Assembly: GCA_964550315.1 (NCBI GenBank)
Contig: CAZJYY010000007.1
Span: forward strand, 2,806 to 66,805
Length of the DNA stretch: 64,000 nt
DNA from: an uncultured Oscillospiraceae bacterium
GTDB taxonomy: Bacteria > Bacillota > Clostridia > Oscillospirales > Oscillospiraceae
Direction of reading: 5' to 3'
Shown: piece after piece, positions 16,346-26,851 of the stretch
How the letters are laid out: each line of letters begins with the position of its first letter
How positions within the stretch are numbered: the first letter of the stretch is position 1
Notes under the pieces: model-generated
What the model saw: only the letters and a program-made list of their open reading frames with translations
What the model was told of the DNA's origin: nothing
The model's database searches: none
Position numbers and translations under genes: made by a program

Positions 16346-18455
16346 CGCATTTACGAGCTGCTCGATAGCGCTCTGAGTATTCTTCTGCTTGTACGCCGTA
16401 TTGACTGGAAGCGCTGGATAATAAGTAGTCGCGTGTAACGGTTGACCTTATTTCGCCTTTGAGCGAGGGCTGCTTGCGGTCGAGGAGGGGAAAATCCTCC
16501 ATAATTAGATATAAATCATTATAACTCAATCCGTATGCCAGCGCTACAGCAATGTCAATCTTACACCGCAACGCCGCAATTTTCATCTCGTCTGCTTCGG
16601 GCGCACTCCGTAATTTGCGTATCGTCCGTGTCGCTGTAATGATCGCCTCAGCGGTCTTTGAGTCTATGCTAATTTCCGGCATTGGAACGCTGAGAATCAT
16701 GAAATAGTTTGCAGTCGTTGAGATAATCCGTCTGAGCAACCAGTCATATACGAAACTGTTTGTAATACCTACCCATAAAAGTTCACGCTTTCCGTCGCTG
16801 CTGTTTTCAAACAGTATAGTTGGAACCTTGTTCCCACAAGCGACGCCGGCAGGCAGAACGCAGCTCATCATCGCACGTTCGTTTGTCTGTCCGGCAATAT
16901 CGCAATAACCGACGCGTTCACGTTGCACTCTGGCATAAAATTCTTTGGATAAATCCTTCGGGTTCATCCAAAACTGCGGTTTCAGTTCGCCATTTGCCGG
17001 TTCCCACCGCGCGGCTCTTCCTGTACCGGACACATACTTTTTAACCGCGAACCAGTGTTGCTGTACCATGCGCCCTTCAACAACGGCAATAGTAGCGCCA
17101 TTCGGCTTAGTGTAAAAAAGGCCTTTATCGTTTGTCATATCAAGTTCACGCGAAATGCTGCAAGCCCACTCGGGGCTGTTACTCCAATCACAGCTGTTCT
17201 CATATATTCGGAAATACAACTCCACCTCTTCTGCTGAGCGAACCTCTGGCAGAGTCAAATCCGGTCTTGCTTTGCGAAGCTTTTGGACAGATATTGTCAC
17301 TGGTTCGGACACCGAAATCTCGTTTTTAGTTCCACCACAATGAGCGAGTTTGATACTTTCCACGAGCGATGCTTTTGCAGTGAAATCGCAATCCAGCAAA
17401 ACAAACTTGAACCGAGTATCTATGGCAAAAAAACGAGGTCGGTTGCTGATAATAACGAAATCTAAATGTGAGCATTTTGTAGCAAGTTTTTCACGAATGG
17501 CAGTTGTACCCTTTGACCGAATAATCCCGGCCGGCAATAGGATCAGGATCCTGCCACCTTCCTTCACCGCACCAAACGCTCTTTGCAAAAAAGCAATATA
17601 GGTGTCGGACTCTGTTTTTTGCAACCAGTCGTATTGTTCACGCAGACGTTTGTTATAATCCGCAAGTTTCTTTTTCTCCGCAGCAAAATGATCATTGTCA
17701 TATGGTTCATACTCTGCACCGTATGTGTGATCGTTGCCGTTCTTCGCCATATATGCGTGTCTCGTCAGTTTGACCTTTCCCCAAGGCGGATTTCCAACAA
17801 CCAGATCAAATTCTCTTGTGGGGAGATCATCATCCAGAAGGCTGTCCGCAACTCGCCATTTCTCTGTCATGGTTTTTATGCCTGTGACATCAGAAAGATA
17901 GGAGGATAACGCGATTCGACAGCCGCGAAGCGCATGCCCCGACAAATCATACGCATACACATTTCGACTAAGCCAGCGCTCCATATCGGCAGGATATTTT
18001 CGTTTGTATGCAGCGGTCACCGCAGTAAGCAGAATACCTGATCCAGAGGACAAATCCGCGACAGTCGATTCTTTTGACAGGACTGCACTGCTGTGATCTC
18101 CAATCAATGTTGCAAGCCGATAGTCAGTATAATATGCGCCCAATTCTTTTTGGTCGGCTCGGTCAAGTGGTTCCCGTGACAGCGCCGCGATAATAAGGGC
18201 CTTGTCCACGCCGATGTTTTCAGCTAATAGCGTCAGCTTTGCCGAAACACTATGCAGAAGCGTAGAATCAAATTTCGCTGCCACCTGAAAGCAAGAGCAG
18301 TAATCGGCGTAGTCAAATCCTCCAATAGTGCTTGCCCAATGCTCAAGCAACTGCAGCTTTCCTTCATATTCGTTGGGGGTGTTCTGGATCGCATTTGCAA
18401 TAGCCGCTTCAAAAGGCTGCAAAAGCGACACTTCATATGTTGTTGTTACAGCCAT
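16257..18455 (-). CDS. gamma-class N6-adenine DNA methyltransferase (Eco57I/TaqI-like NPPW type) with large C-terminal target-recognition region and no nuclease domain
   Basis: 732 aa. It has motif X GAYYTD, motif I DLSSGSGILL and motif IV VVGNPPWG. About 400 aa lie after the catalytic core. The start overlaps the upstream methylase stop by 23 nt and follows AAAGGAAA. Confidence 0.85.
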   Translation of the reverse strand: MAVTTTYEVSLLQPFEAAIANAIQNTPNEYEGKLQLLEHWASTIGGFDYADYCSCFQVAAKFDSTLLHSVSAKLTLLAENIGVDKALIIAALSREPLDRADQKELGAYYTDYRLATLIGDHSSAVLSKESTVADLSSGSGILLTAVTAAYKRKYPADMERWLSRNVYAYDLSGHALRGCRIALSSYLSDVTGIKTMTEKWRVADSLLDDDLPTREFDLVVGNPPWGKVKLTRHAYMAKNGNDHTYGAEYEPYDNDHFAAEKKKLADYNKRLREQYDWLQKTESDTYIAFLQRAFGAVKEGGRILILLPAGIIRSKGTTAIREKLATKCSHLDFVIISNRPRFFAIDTRFKFVLLDCDFTAKASLVESIKLAHCGGTKNEISVSEPVTISVQKLRKARPDLTLPEVRSAEEVELYFRIYENSCDWSNSPEWACSISRELDMTNDKGLFYTKPNGATIAVVEGRMVQQHWFAVKKYVSGTGRAARWEPANGELKPQFWMNPKDLSKEFYARVQRERVGYCDIAGQTNERAMMSCVLPAGVACGNKVPTILFENSSDGKRELLWVGITNSFVYDWLLRRIISTTANYFMILSVPMPEISIDSKTAEAIITATRTIRKLRSAPEADEMKIAALRCKIDIAVALAYGLSYNDLYLIMEDFPLLDRKQPSLKGEIRSTVTRDYLLSSASSQYGVQAEEYSERYRAARKCGATPYIPTDIVGERTGEFIAKRKHTADRG

Positions 18456-19488
18456 CCGATTTGTTTCCTTTCGTATATACGATTAGATACTCGTCAACCT
18501 GTGACTTTCGCTGTACCGCAGTCTGGTTTGGACGATAGCTCCCTATACTTTGTAAATTTACGACTTCTACTTTACCATGCTGCAATAATTCCTGCTTCAA
18601 CGAATCAATGTTGACATGACCGTCATCGCTATACGAAAGTAGTATTTGCTTTGCTGGAAGCGTCAACAAAAGATTAATTAAGGCTTTGTGTGCTTTCGCC
18701 TTGTAGCAGAAAACGGAGGCATCCTGCTTCCATGGGCGTAGCCCGGAAACACCTTCGACGGCAGGCTCATCCTCCTGTGCAATTGTCTCAAGTATGTGAT
18801 AATACGACGCATACTGCCTTTTTGTGTATGGTGGGTCTATATATACACAATCATCCGGGTTACACGGAAGATCAAACACATCGCAGCACATTGCCTCGTA
18901 TCGTGTTGGCTCTGCAAACAAGTCAAAGAGGCTTAACCTAAAGGGCCGCGTTGACTGCTCTGTCCATTTTGATAGGAAACAACCATATGTCCCCGCAGTA
19001 TTTGCAACATTGTTCGCGGCCGACATGACACTCGCGAGCAGCAATGTGTGCTCCCGTTCGTTTATAACACCGTCACGATACCATCCAGCAATTTGTACGC
19101 GAACAGCGTCAATACACTGGGCGTTATCCTCTGAAAAATACCGTCGCTCGTGCGGGGTGAAGCTTTTGGATGCAGGTGAATACTCCCTCCATATATATCC
19201 CTTGATCGGCGATAGCGAATTGAGTTCATCAATAGTGGCTTGATATCCACCGAGAGTTTTAAATTCGGCATCCTGCGCGGAAAGTAATCTTGCTTCCGAC
19301 ATAACAACAGCGTTCTTCATTCTGTCGTTTATTAGAACAGGCCACCCGGCTCGCGCGGCTTCATAGGCGACGATCCCCGTACCGCACATAGCGTCAATAA
19401 ACCTACTGTTTGCAGATTTGGGTTTCCCTACATATTCAATAATTGATTCGACGACCCTTGCTTTTGATCCGATATACCGATATCCCAT
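18433..19488 (-). CDS. D12-class (Dam-like, alpha) N6-adenine DNA methyltransferase
   Basis: 351 aa. It has N-terminal YRYIGSKAR, motif I RFIDAMCGTGIV and motif IV VYIDPPY in the order I-TRD-IV. Confidence 0.85.
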   Translation of the reverse strand: MGYRYIGSKARVVESIIEYVGKPKSANSRFIDAMCGTGIVAYEAARAGWPVLINDRMKNAVVMSEARLLSAQDAEFKTLGGYQATIDELNSLSPIKGYIWREYSPASKSFTPHERRYFSEDNAQCIDAVRVQIAGWYRDGVINEREHTLLLASVMSAANNVANTAGTYGCFLSKWTEQSTRPFRLSLFDLFAEPTRYEAMCCDVFDLPCNPDDCVYIDPPYTKRQYASYYHILETIAQEDEPAVEGVSGLRPWKQDASVFCYKAKAHKALINLLLTLPAKQILLSYSDDGHVNIDSLKQELLQHGKVEVVNLQSIGSYRPNQTAVQRKSQVDEYLIVYTKGNKSDGCNNNI

Positions 19489-19527
19489 TGTTTGTTTACC
19501 TGCTTTATCATTTTTGTTTCCCCGTGT

Positions 19528-19746
19528 TCACTTCGTCGATACTTCCTTTGGAAGAACCTCCATGATATCATTGATACCGACACCCAGCGCCTGACATATT
19601 TTAATTAAAATTTCCGTATTCACATTCTCGCCCTTGCCAAGCTTAGCAAGGGACGATGTGCTTATATCCGCCAGCTCACAAAGCTCGCGCTTTTTCATAC
19701 CGCGGTCAATTAGCAAATGCCATAGCTTCTTATAGCTCGCACCCAA
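19528..19746 (-). CDS. XRE-family helix-turn-helix regulator (controller/C-protein-like)
   Basis: KKLWHLLIDRGMKKRELCELADISTSSLAKLGKGENVNTEILIKICQALGVGINDIM is a classical Cro/C1 HTH. The likely TTG start at 19744-19746 lies 5-6 nt after AGAGGTGA. The track start is GTG at 19755. Confidence 0.8.
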   Translation of the reverse strand: MGASYKKLWHLLIDRGMKKRELCELADISTSSLAKLGKGENVNTEILIKICQALGVGINDIMEVLPKEVSTK

Positions 19747-19793
19747 AATTATCACCTCTCAAGAATAATGCTTGCGAATCAACACTTTCTGGT

Positions 19794-19822
19794 ATTATAT
19801 CACAAGAACTATCGCGATTCAA
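19794..19822 (-). promoter_or_regulatory. putative promoter of the controller/defense operon
   Basis: On the minus strand: TTGAAT (19817-19822), a 17-nt spacer, then TATAAT (19794-19799) with an upstream TGTGA. The spacer and -35 overlap the palindrome ATCGCGAT (19811-19818) and one arm of the inverted repeat CAAGAAAG (19820-19827) / CTTTCTTG (19850-19857). Confidence 0.4.
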
Positions 19823-20245
19823 GAAAGCAATTACGAGTTCTCAAAACTACTTTCTTGTTTTCACAATAGAGGCGTATCGGATAATCTGTTAAATTTGTGC
19901 TGTCAACGCTTCTTCTGGTTCTACACTGCCGACACGGATAAGCCACGGCGATACTTCAAGTGTCATACTATCGGAAACAGCTCAATCCAATGGCCAAATA
20001 CTATGATGTAGAGCCGATAACATGTCCTCAAAATATGTATCGTTTTTGTATGTTTTCTGTTCCAGATCATTAGTGCTTTTCAACAGACGTTGTTTTAATG
20101 AATGCTTGTACGATTGCCTTGAGTACTGCGATGGAAAACTTGGATACTACCTTATTTCAATGAAGTGTCATCAGTGTCAGTTTGCATTGTGGCAAATTTT
20201 TTCGCAGGTAGGCTTTGCGGAGTATAGTGCATAATCATCAACTGA

Positions 20246-20287
20246 CAAAAATAGAGAGTGTGCACTGCTGTTTGCAATGCACACTCT
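20246..20287 (-). terminator. rho-independent terminator inside the right arm of the island (minus strand)
   Basis: AGAGTGTGCA (20255-20264) pairs with TGCACACTCT (20278-20287). On the minus strand it is followed by CTATTTTTGTC. Confidence 0.45.
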
Positions 20288-20306
20288 TTATTACCCCGTA
20301 CCAACA

Positions 20307-20348
20307 GTTAAGCCCCATAGGTCACAAAATGTACCTATGGGGCTTAAC
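20307..20348. repeat. perfect 16-bp inverted repeat at the right island end (candidate att arm or structure)
   Basis: GTTAAGCCCCATAGGT (20307-20322), a 10-nt loop, then ACCTATGGGGCTTAAC (20333-20348). It ends 4 nt before the host half-stem. Confidence 0.6.
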
Positions 20349-20352
20349 CCTT

Positions 20353-20367
20353 GGGAAGTCCTTTTTT
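20353..20367. repeat. right half of the split host terminator stem (GGGAAGTCCTTTTTT)
   Basis: Perfect reverse complement of 5855-5869. It lies 13 nt past the stop of the M23 peptidase gene. Confidence 0.7.
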
Positions 20368-20379
20368 TGCCTTTGCTCT

Positions 20380-21123
20380 CTATCTGGGAGGCAAATAGTC
20401 GGCAGGGTCAACGCTTTGACCGTCAAGAGTCATTCTGAAGCAAAGGTGTGTGTTCTCGGCACGCTCGCCAAGGGCTGTTGCGCCAACGGCACCTATTACC
20501 TCTCCGTTCATTACATTATCCCCCACGGAAACAGTAGGAAGCGCTGCAAGGTTGGAGTAAATACTCTTAAGTCCGCCTGAATGCTCGATGACAACGGTAG
20601 TTCCGTCAACAGGGTCCATCTCCACGCTGACCACACGTCCTGCCCCGCAGGCAAGAACCTGTGTTCCAATGGGGACGCTAAGATCCACACCATCATGAGT
20701 ACGCCAGTCGCCCAGCTTCTCATTATATACCAGCGCAGCCACAGAATAGGGCATGTCTATTTCCCCGAATACCGGCCAAATAAACTGTGCGCTTGGAGTA
20801 ACGGTGGTTTCCTGCTTAGGTTCTGCGCCTGTTTCCACAGTGTCCGTGGCTGTCTCAAGACTTTGGCTGTCGCCCTCCTGCTGTACGTCTGCAGGCTCTT
20901 CATCCTGAATTACAGGCTGCTCCATTACGGGCGGCGTTACCACCACCGGCTGCTCAAGGACGTTGCCGCCCTCAGTCTCCTCTACATCAGTCCCTCTGTT
21001 CGAAAGCATTGCATAGACACTGAAGCCTATAACAGCTACGCACAGTACAAGGACTATGTAGTAGCCCCTGCCATCGACAAAAAACGCTTTTGCGCTCTTT
21101 CGAAAGCTTTTAAAATCGCTCAT
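20380..21123 (-). CDS. M23 family metallopeptidase (LytM domain), membrane anchored
   Basis: It has an N-terminal TM segment (YYIVLVLCVAVIGFSVYAML) and a C-terminal HDGVDLSVPIGTQVLA...HLCF LytM motif. The ATG at 21121-21123 follows AGGAGG. Confidence 0.85.
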   Translation of the reverse strand: MSDFKSFRKSAKAFFVDGRGYYIVLVLCVAVIGFSVYAMLSNRGTDVEETEGGNVLEQPVVVTPPVMEQPVIQDEEPADVQQEGDSQSLETATDTVETGAEPKQETTVTPSAQFIWPVFGEIDMPYSVAALVYNEKLGDWRTHDGVDLSVPIGTQVLACGAGRVVSVEMDPVDGTTVVIEHSGGLKSIYSNLAALPTVSVGDNVMNGEVIGAVGATALGERAENTHLCFRMTLDGQSVDPADYLPPR

Positions 21124-21223
21124 TACAAACCTCCTGAACGAAAAAAATGGTGTTTCCAAGGCTATTTTTGCCAGTGAAAACACCATTTATACTATTCATT
21201 CAGAAAAAGTTTCCGTAATTTTC

Positions 21224-24067
<2,844 letters not shown>

Positions 24068-24071
<4 letters not shown>

Positions 24072-24859
24072 CTTTTATCCTCCCCGGTCACCTGGGAAAC
24101 TGCGTCGATGATCTGGGCAAAATCCTTTGGCTTAAGGGATGCTCCTCCGATAAGTCCGCCATCGATATCAGGCATGGAAAGAAGCTCAACTGCATTTGAG
24201 GGCTTCATTGAGCCGCCATAAAGAACGCTGATGCCACGGGCAACTCTTGCACCGTACTTTTCGCGGAAGATGCGGCGAATATAGCAGCAAACCTCCTGTG
24301 CTTCCTCGGGGGAAGCAGTCTTGCCTGTACCGATAGCCCAAATGGGCTCGTAGGCAATAACGCAGCGTCGTGCCTGATCGTCGGGAATGCAGGACATTGC
24401 AGAAGCTATCTGATAGCTGATGTGCTGCATGGTAAGGCCACGCTCTCTCTGCTCCAGGGTTTCGCCGCAGCAGATAATGGGTATCATACCGTGGGAAAGA
24501 ACCATAGCCGCCTTCTTGCCGACGGTGATGTTGTCCTCATTGTGATACTCTCTTCTCTCGCTGTGGCCAACAATGACATAGCGGGTGGAGAGATTGGTAA
24601 GCATATCTCCGGAAACCTCGCCGGTGTATGCGCCGGACTCATGAAGGCTGATGTCCTGTGCGCCTACGGCAATTCTGCTGTCTCTCAATGCTCTGTGCAG
24701 GGGGGAGATGTGGGTAAACGGTGCGCAAAGCACTGTTTCGCAGGTCTTAGATTTGGGCATAAGACTTCTTAGTTCATCTGTGAAAGCCTTAACCTCGGTG
24801 GGCAAAAGGTTCATTTTCCAGTTGCCTGCAATAACTGTCTTACGGTACTTCTTGTTCAT
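24068..24859 (-). CDS. tpiA: triose-phosphate isomerase
   Basis: AGNWKMN, IVGHSERR, AYEPIWAIGTG and YGGS motifs. Its stop overlaps the gpmI start. Confidence 0.96.
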
Positions 24860-24873
24860 TTATATATTACCTC

Positions 24874-26067
24874 CTATCTGTTCATAAGGCATGCCACGCC
24901 GGGAAGCTCCTTACCCTCAAGGAATTCGAGGGAAGCGCCGCCGCCTGTGGATATATGCGTCATTTTATCTGCAAAGCCAAGCTGTTCCACGGCTGCCGCA
25001 CTGTCACCGCCGCCAACTATGGTAACTGCGCCGGATTCGGCAAGTGCCTTTGCCATGGCCTTGGTGCCTTCTGCAAATGCGGGGAATTCAAAAACGCCCA
25101 TGGGTCCGTTCCAAACAACGGTACCAGCGCCCTTAATGGCTTCGGAGAAAAGTCTGATGGTGTTTGGTCCAATGTCCATGCCCTGCCAGTCAGCGGGAAT
25201 TTCCTTGCTGTCAACGACCTTACGCTCGCAGTCGGGAGCAAAATGGGTTCCCACAGCAGTGTCCACCGGCAAAATCAGCATAACGCCCTTTTGCGCCGCC
25301 TTGTCCATAAGCTCCTTTGCCAGCTCAACCTTGTCAGCTTCAAGAAGGGACTGTCCAATTTCGTAACCAAGAGCCTTCATAAAGGTGTATGCCATGCCGC
25401 CGCCGACAATAATTGTGTCCGCCTTGTCGATAAGGTTTGTGATAACACCAATTTTGTCGCTTACTTTTGCACCGCCGAGGACGGAAACGAAGGGACGCTT
25501 GGGGTCGGAAAGAGCCTTACCCATAACCTCCAGCTCCTTTTCCACAAGAAAACCTGCGTATGCGGGGAGATAGCTTGCAACGCCAACGGTGGAGGAGTGT
25601 GCTCTGTGAACGGTGCCAAAAGCGTCAGAAACGAAGATTTCTCCAAGAGCTGCAAGCTTTTTTGCAAGCTCGGGGTCGTTCTTGGTTTCGCCTGCTTCAA
25701 AACGGACGTTTTCAATGAGCATTATCTCGCCGTCCTTGAGCTTGCCTGCCATTTCAATGGATTCTTCCCCTGCCACGTCATGTGCAAAGGGAACAGGCAT
25801 TTCCAAAAGCTGGGACAGTCTCTTTGCAACAGGGGCCAAAGAAAGCTCGGGCTTAACTTCACCCTTGGGCTTGCCCAGATGGGAGCAGGCTATAACTCTT
25901 GCGCCCTTTTCAAGCAGATATTTAATGGTGGGCAGAGAAGCCACTATGCGCTTGTCGCTGGTTATCTCGCCGGTCTGCTTATCCATGGGGACATTGAAAT
26001 CGCAGCGCAGAAGAACCTTCTTACCGCTGACGTCCACATCCTTGATAGATTTCTTGTTGTAATTCAT
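24874..26067 (-). CDS. pgk: phosphoglycerate kinase
   Basis: [27 protein letters not shown] and STGGGASLE motifs. Confidence 0.97.
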   Translation of the reverse strand: MNYNKKSIKDVDVSGKKVLLRCDFNVPMDKQTGEITSDKRIVASLPTIKYLLEKGARVIACSHLGKPKGEVKPELSLAPVAKRLSQLLEMPVPFAHDVAGEESIEMAGKLKDGEIMLIENVRFEAGETKNDPELAKKLAALGEIFVSDAFGTVHRAHSSTVGVASYLPAYAGFLVEKELEVMGKALSDPKRPFVSVLGGAKVSDKIGVITNLIDKADTIIVGGGMAYTFMKALGYEIGQSLLEADKVELAKELMDKAAQKGVMLILPVDTAVGTHFAPDCERKVVDSKEIPADWQGMDIGPNTIRLFSEAIKGAGTVVWNGPMGVFEFPAFAEGTKAMAKALAESGAVTIVGGGDSAAAVEQLGFADKMTHISTGGGASLEFLEGKELPGVACLMNR

Positions 26068-26091
26068 GATTTACCTCCAAATAGTGTTATC

Positions 26092-26580
26092 TTAATTGCT
26101 TGTTGCCATTTCGCCCGTATCGCAAAGTCCGGGAAATCCCTGCTGTCGGAGCGCCTCATAGCAGATTACTGCCACGCTGTTTGAAAGGTTAAGACTCCGC
26201 ACCTCGCCCTTCATGGGTATGCGGATGCAGCGTGCACGGTACTTCTCACGAAGCCATAGCGGAAGTCCAGCCGTCTCCTTGCCGAACATAAGTTTTATAT
26301 CGCCGCTCAAGTCGGCCTCTACATAGCTTTGTGGGGCTTTCGTGGTTGCCAGCCAAAGATTATCATCCCCGTTTTTCTCAAAAAACTCATCGAGATTTTT
26401 GTACACGCTAACATCCAAAAACTGCCAGTAGTCCAGACCCGCCCGCTTCAGTGCCTTGTCAGAGATGTCAAAGCCCAGCGGCTCAATAAGATGGAGCCTC
26501 GCCCCGGTGACTGCGCAGGTTCTTGAAATGTTACCCGTATTCGCCGGAATCTCCGGCTCAACCAGAATGATGTCTATCAT
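26092..26580 (-). CDS. trmL: tRNA (cytidine/uridine-2'-O-)-methyltransferase TrmL (SpoU family)
   Basis: 162 aa. ILVEPEIPANTGNISRTC, LMFGKETAGLP and IPMKGEVRSLNLSNSVAV motifs. Confidence 0.9.
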   Translation of the reverse strand: MIDIILVEPEIPANTGNISRTCAVTGARLHLIEPLGFDISDKALKRAGLDYWQFLDVSVYKNLDEFFEKNGDDNLWLATTKAPQSYVEADLSGDIKLMFGKETAGLPLWLREKYRARCIRIPMKGEVRSLNLSNSVAVICYEALRQQGFPGLCDTGEMATSN

Positions 26581-26759
26581 TGCTACACTTCCCTGTATGT
26601 TGTAAGCTGAAACATATTGGTCGTTTCAGTCGTCCGTACGACCTTATTGTACCCGATATTGTTTTCAAAATCAACAGTTTTCTTTTATTTTAGCACAAAT
26701 TTTGCAAATTTACATTATCTGTAAATCCACAATAATAACCAATTTTGTTCATACTTCTG

Positions 26760-26788
26760 TTGCAAAAATCTAATAAAGACACTATAAT
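26760..26788 (+). promoter_or_regulatory. putative sigma-A promoter of the GT2 gene
   Basis: TTGCAA (26760-26765), a 17-nt spacer, then TATAAT (26783-26788). Confidence 0.4.
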
Positions 26789-26851
26789 GTAAAGTAATTC
26801 CAAGACCACATTCCCGGTTTTGTGCAACCATCACATTTTAAGGAGACTATC

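Larger units (their letters stand above)
5871..20352. mobile_element. ~14.5-kb mobilizable island (large serine recombinase, TnpW-like, relaxase, MobC, AAA ATPase; Tn4451-like logic) carrying a restriction-modification/defense operon
   Basis: It is bounded by the two halves of a split hairpin (5855-5869 / 20353-20367). The recombinase gene is at one extreme end. A mobilization module is present and there are no conjugation-pore genes. Inverted 9-mers CATAGGTAC (5883-5891) and GTACCTATG (20331-20339) each lie 13 nt inside a junction. Exact crossover positions are not determinable from one sequence. Confidence 0.6.

Noticed and set aside
16257-18455. Possibility that the 732-aa NPPW methylase marks a BREX (PglX) system
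   Set aside because: There is no PglZ phosphatase, BrxC/PglY ATPase, BrxA/B or Lon-like BrxL anywhere in the island. The protein is also much shorter than typical PglX. The neighbours are McrB/McrC-like instead.
18060-18455. Possibility that the N-terminal ~130 aa of the 732-aa methylase is a type IIG (MmeI/Eco57I-like) nuclease domain
   Set aside because: The segment is short and looks helical. I could not find a D...(D/E)xK or other nuclease signature. Only a structure or profile search could settle this fully.
20022-20234. 70-aa Cys-rich plus-strand ORF in the right arm of the island
   Set aside because: There is no Shine-Dalgarno sequence upstream of the ATG. It is on the strand opposite to all neighbouring genes, its composition is odd (many Cys, Phe, Tyr and Leu from AT-rich DNA), and no terminator follows. 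It is treated as non-coding.
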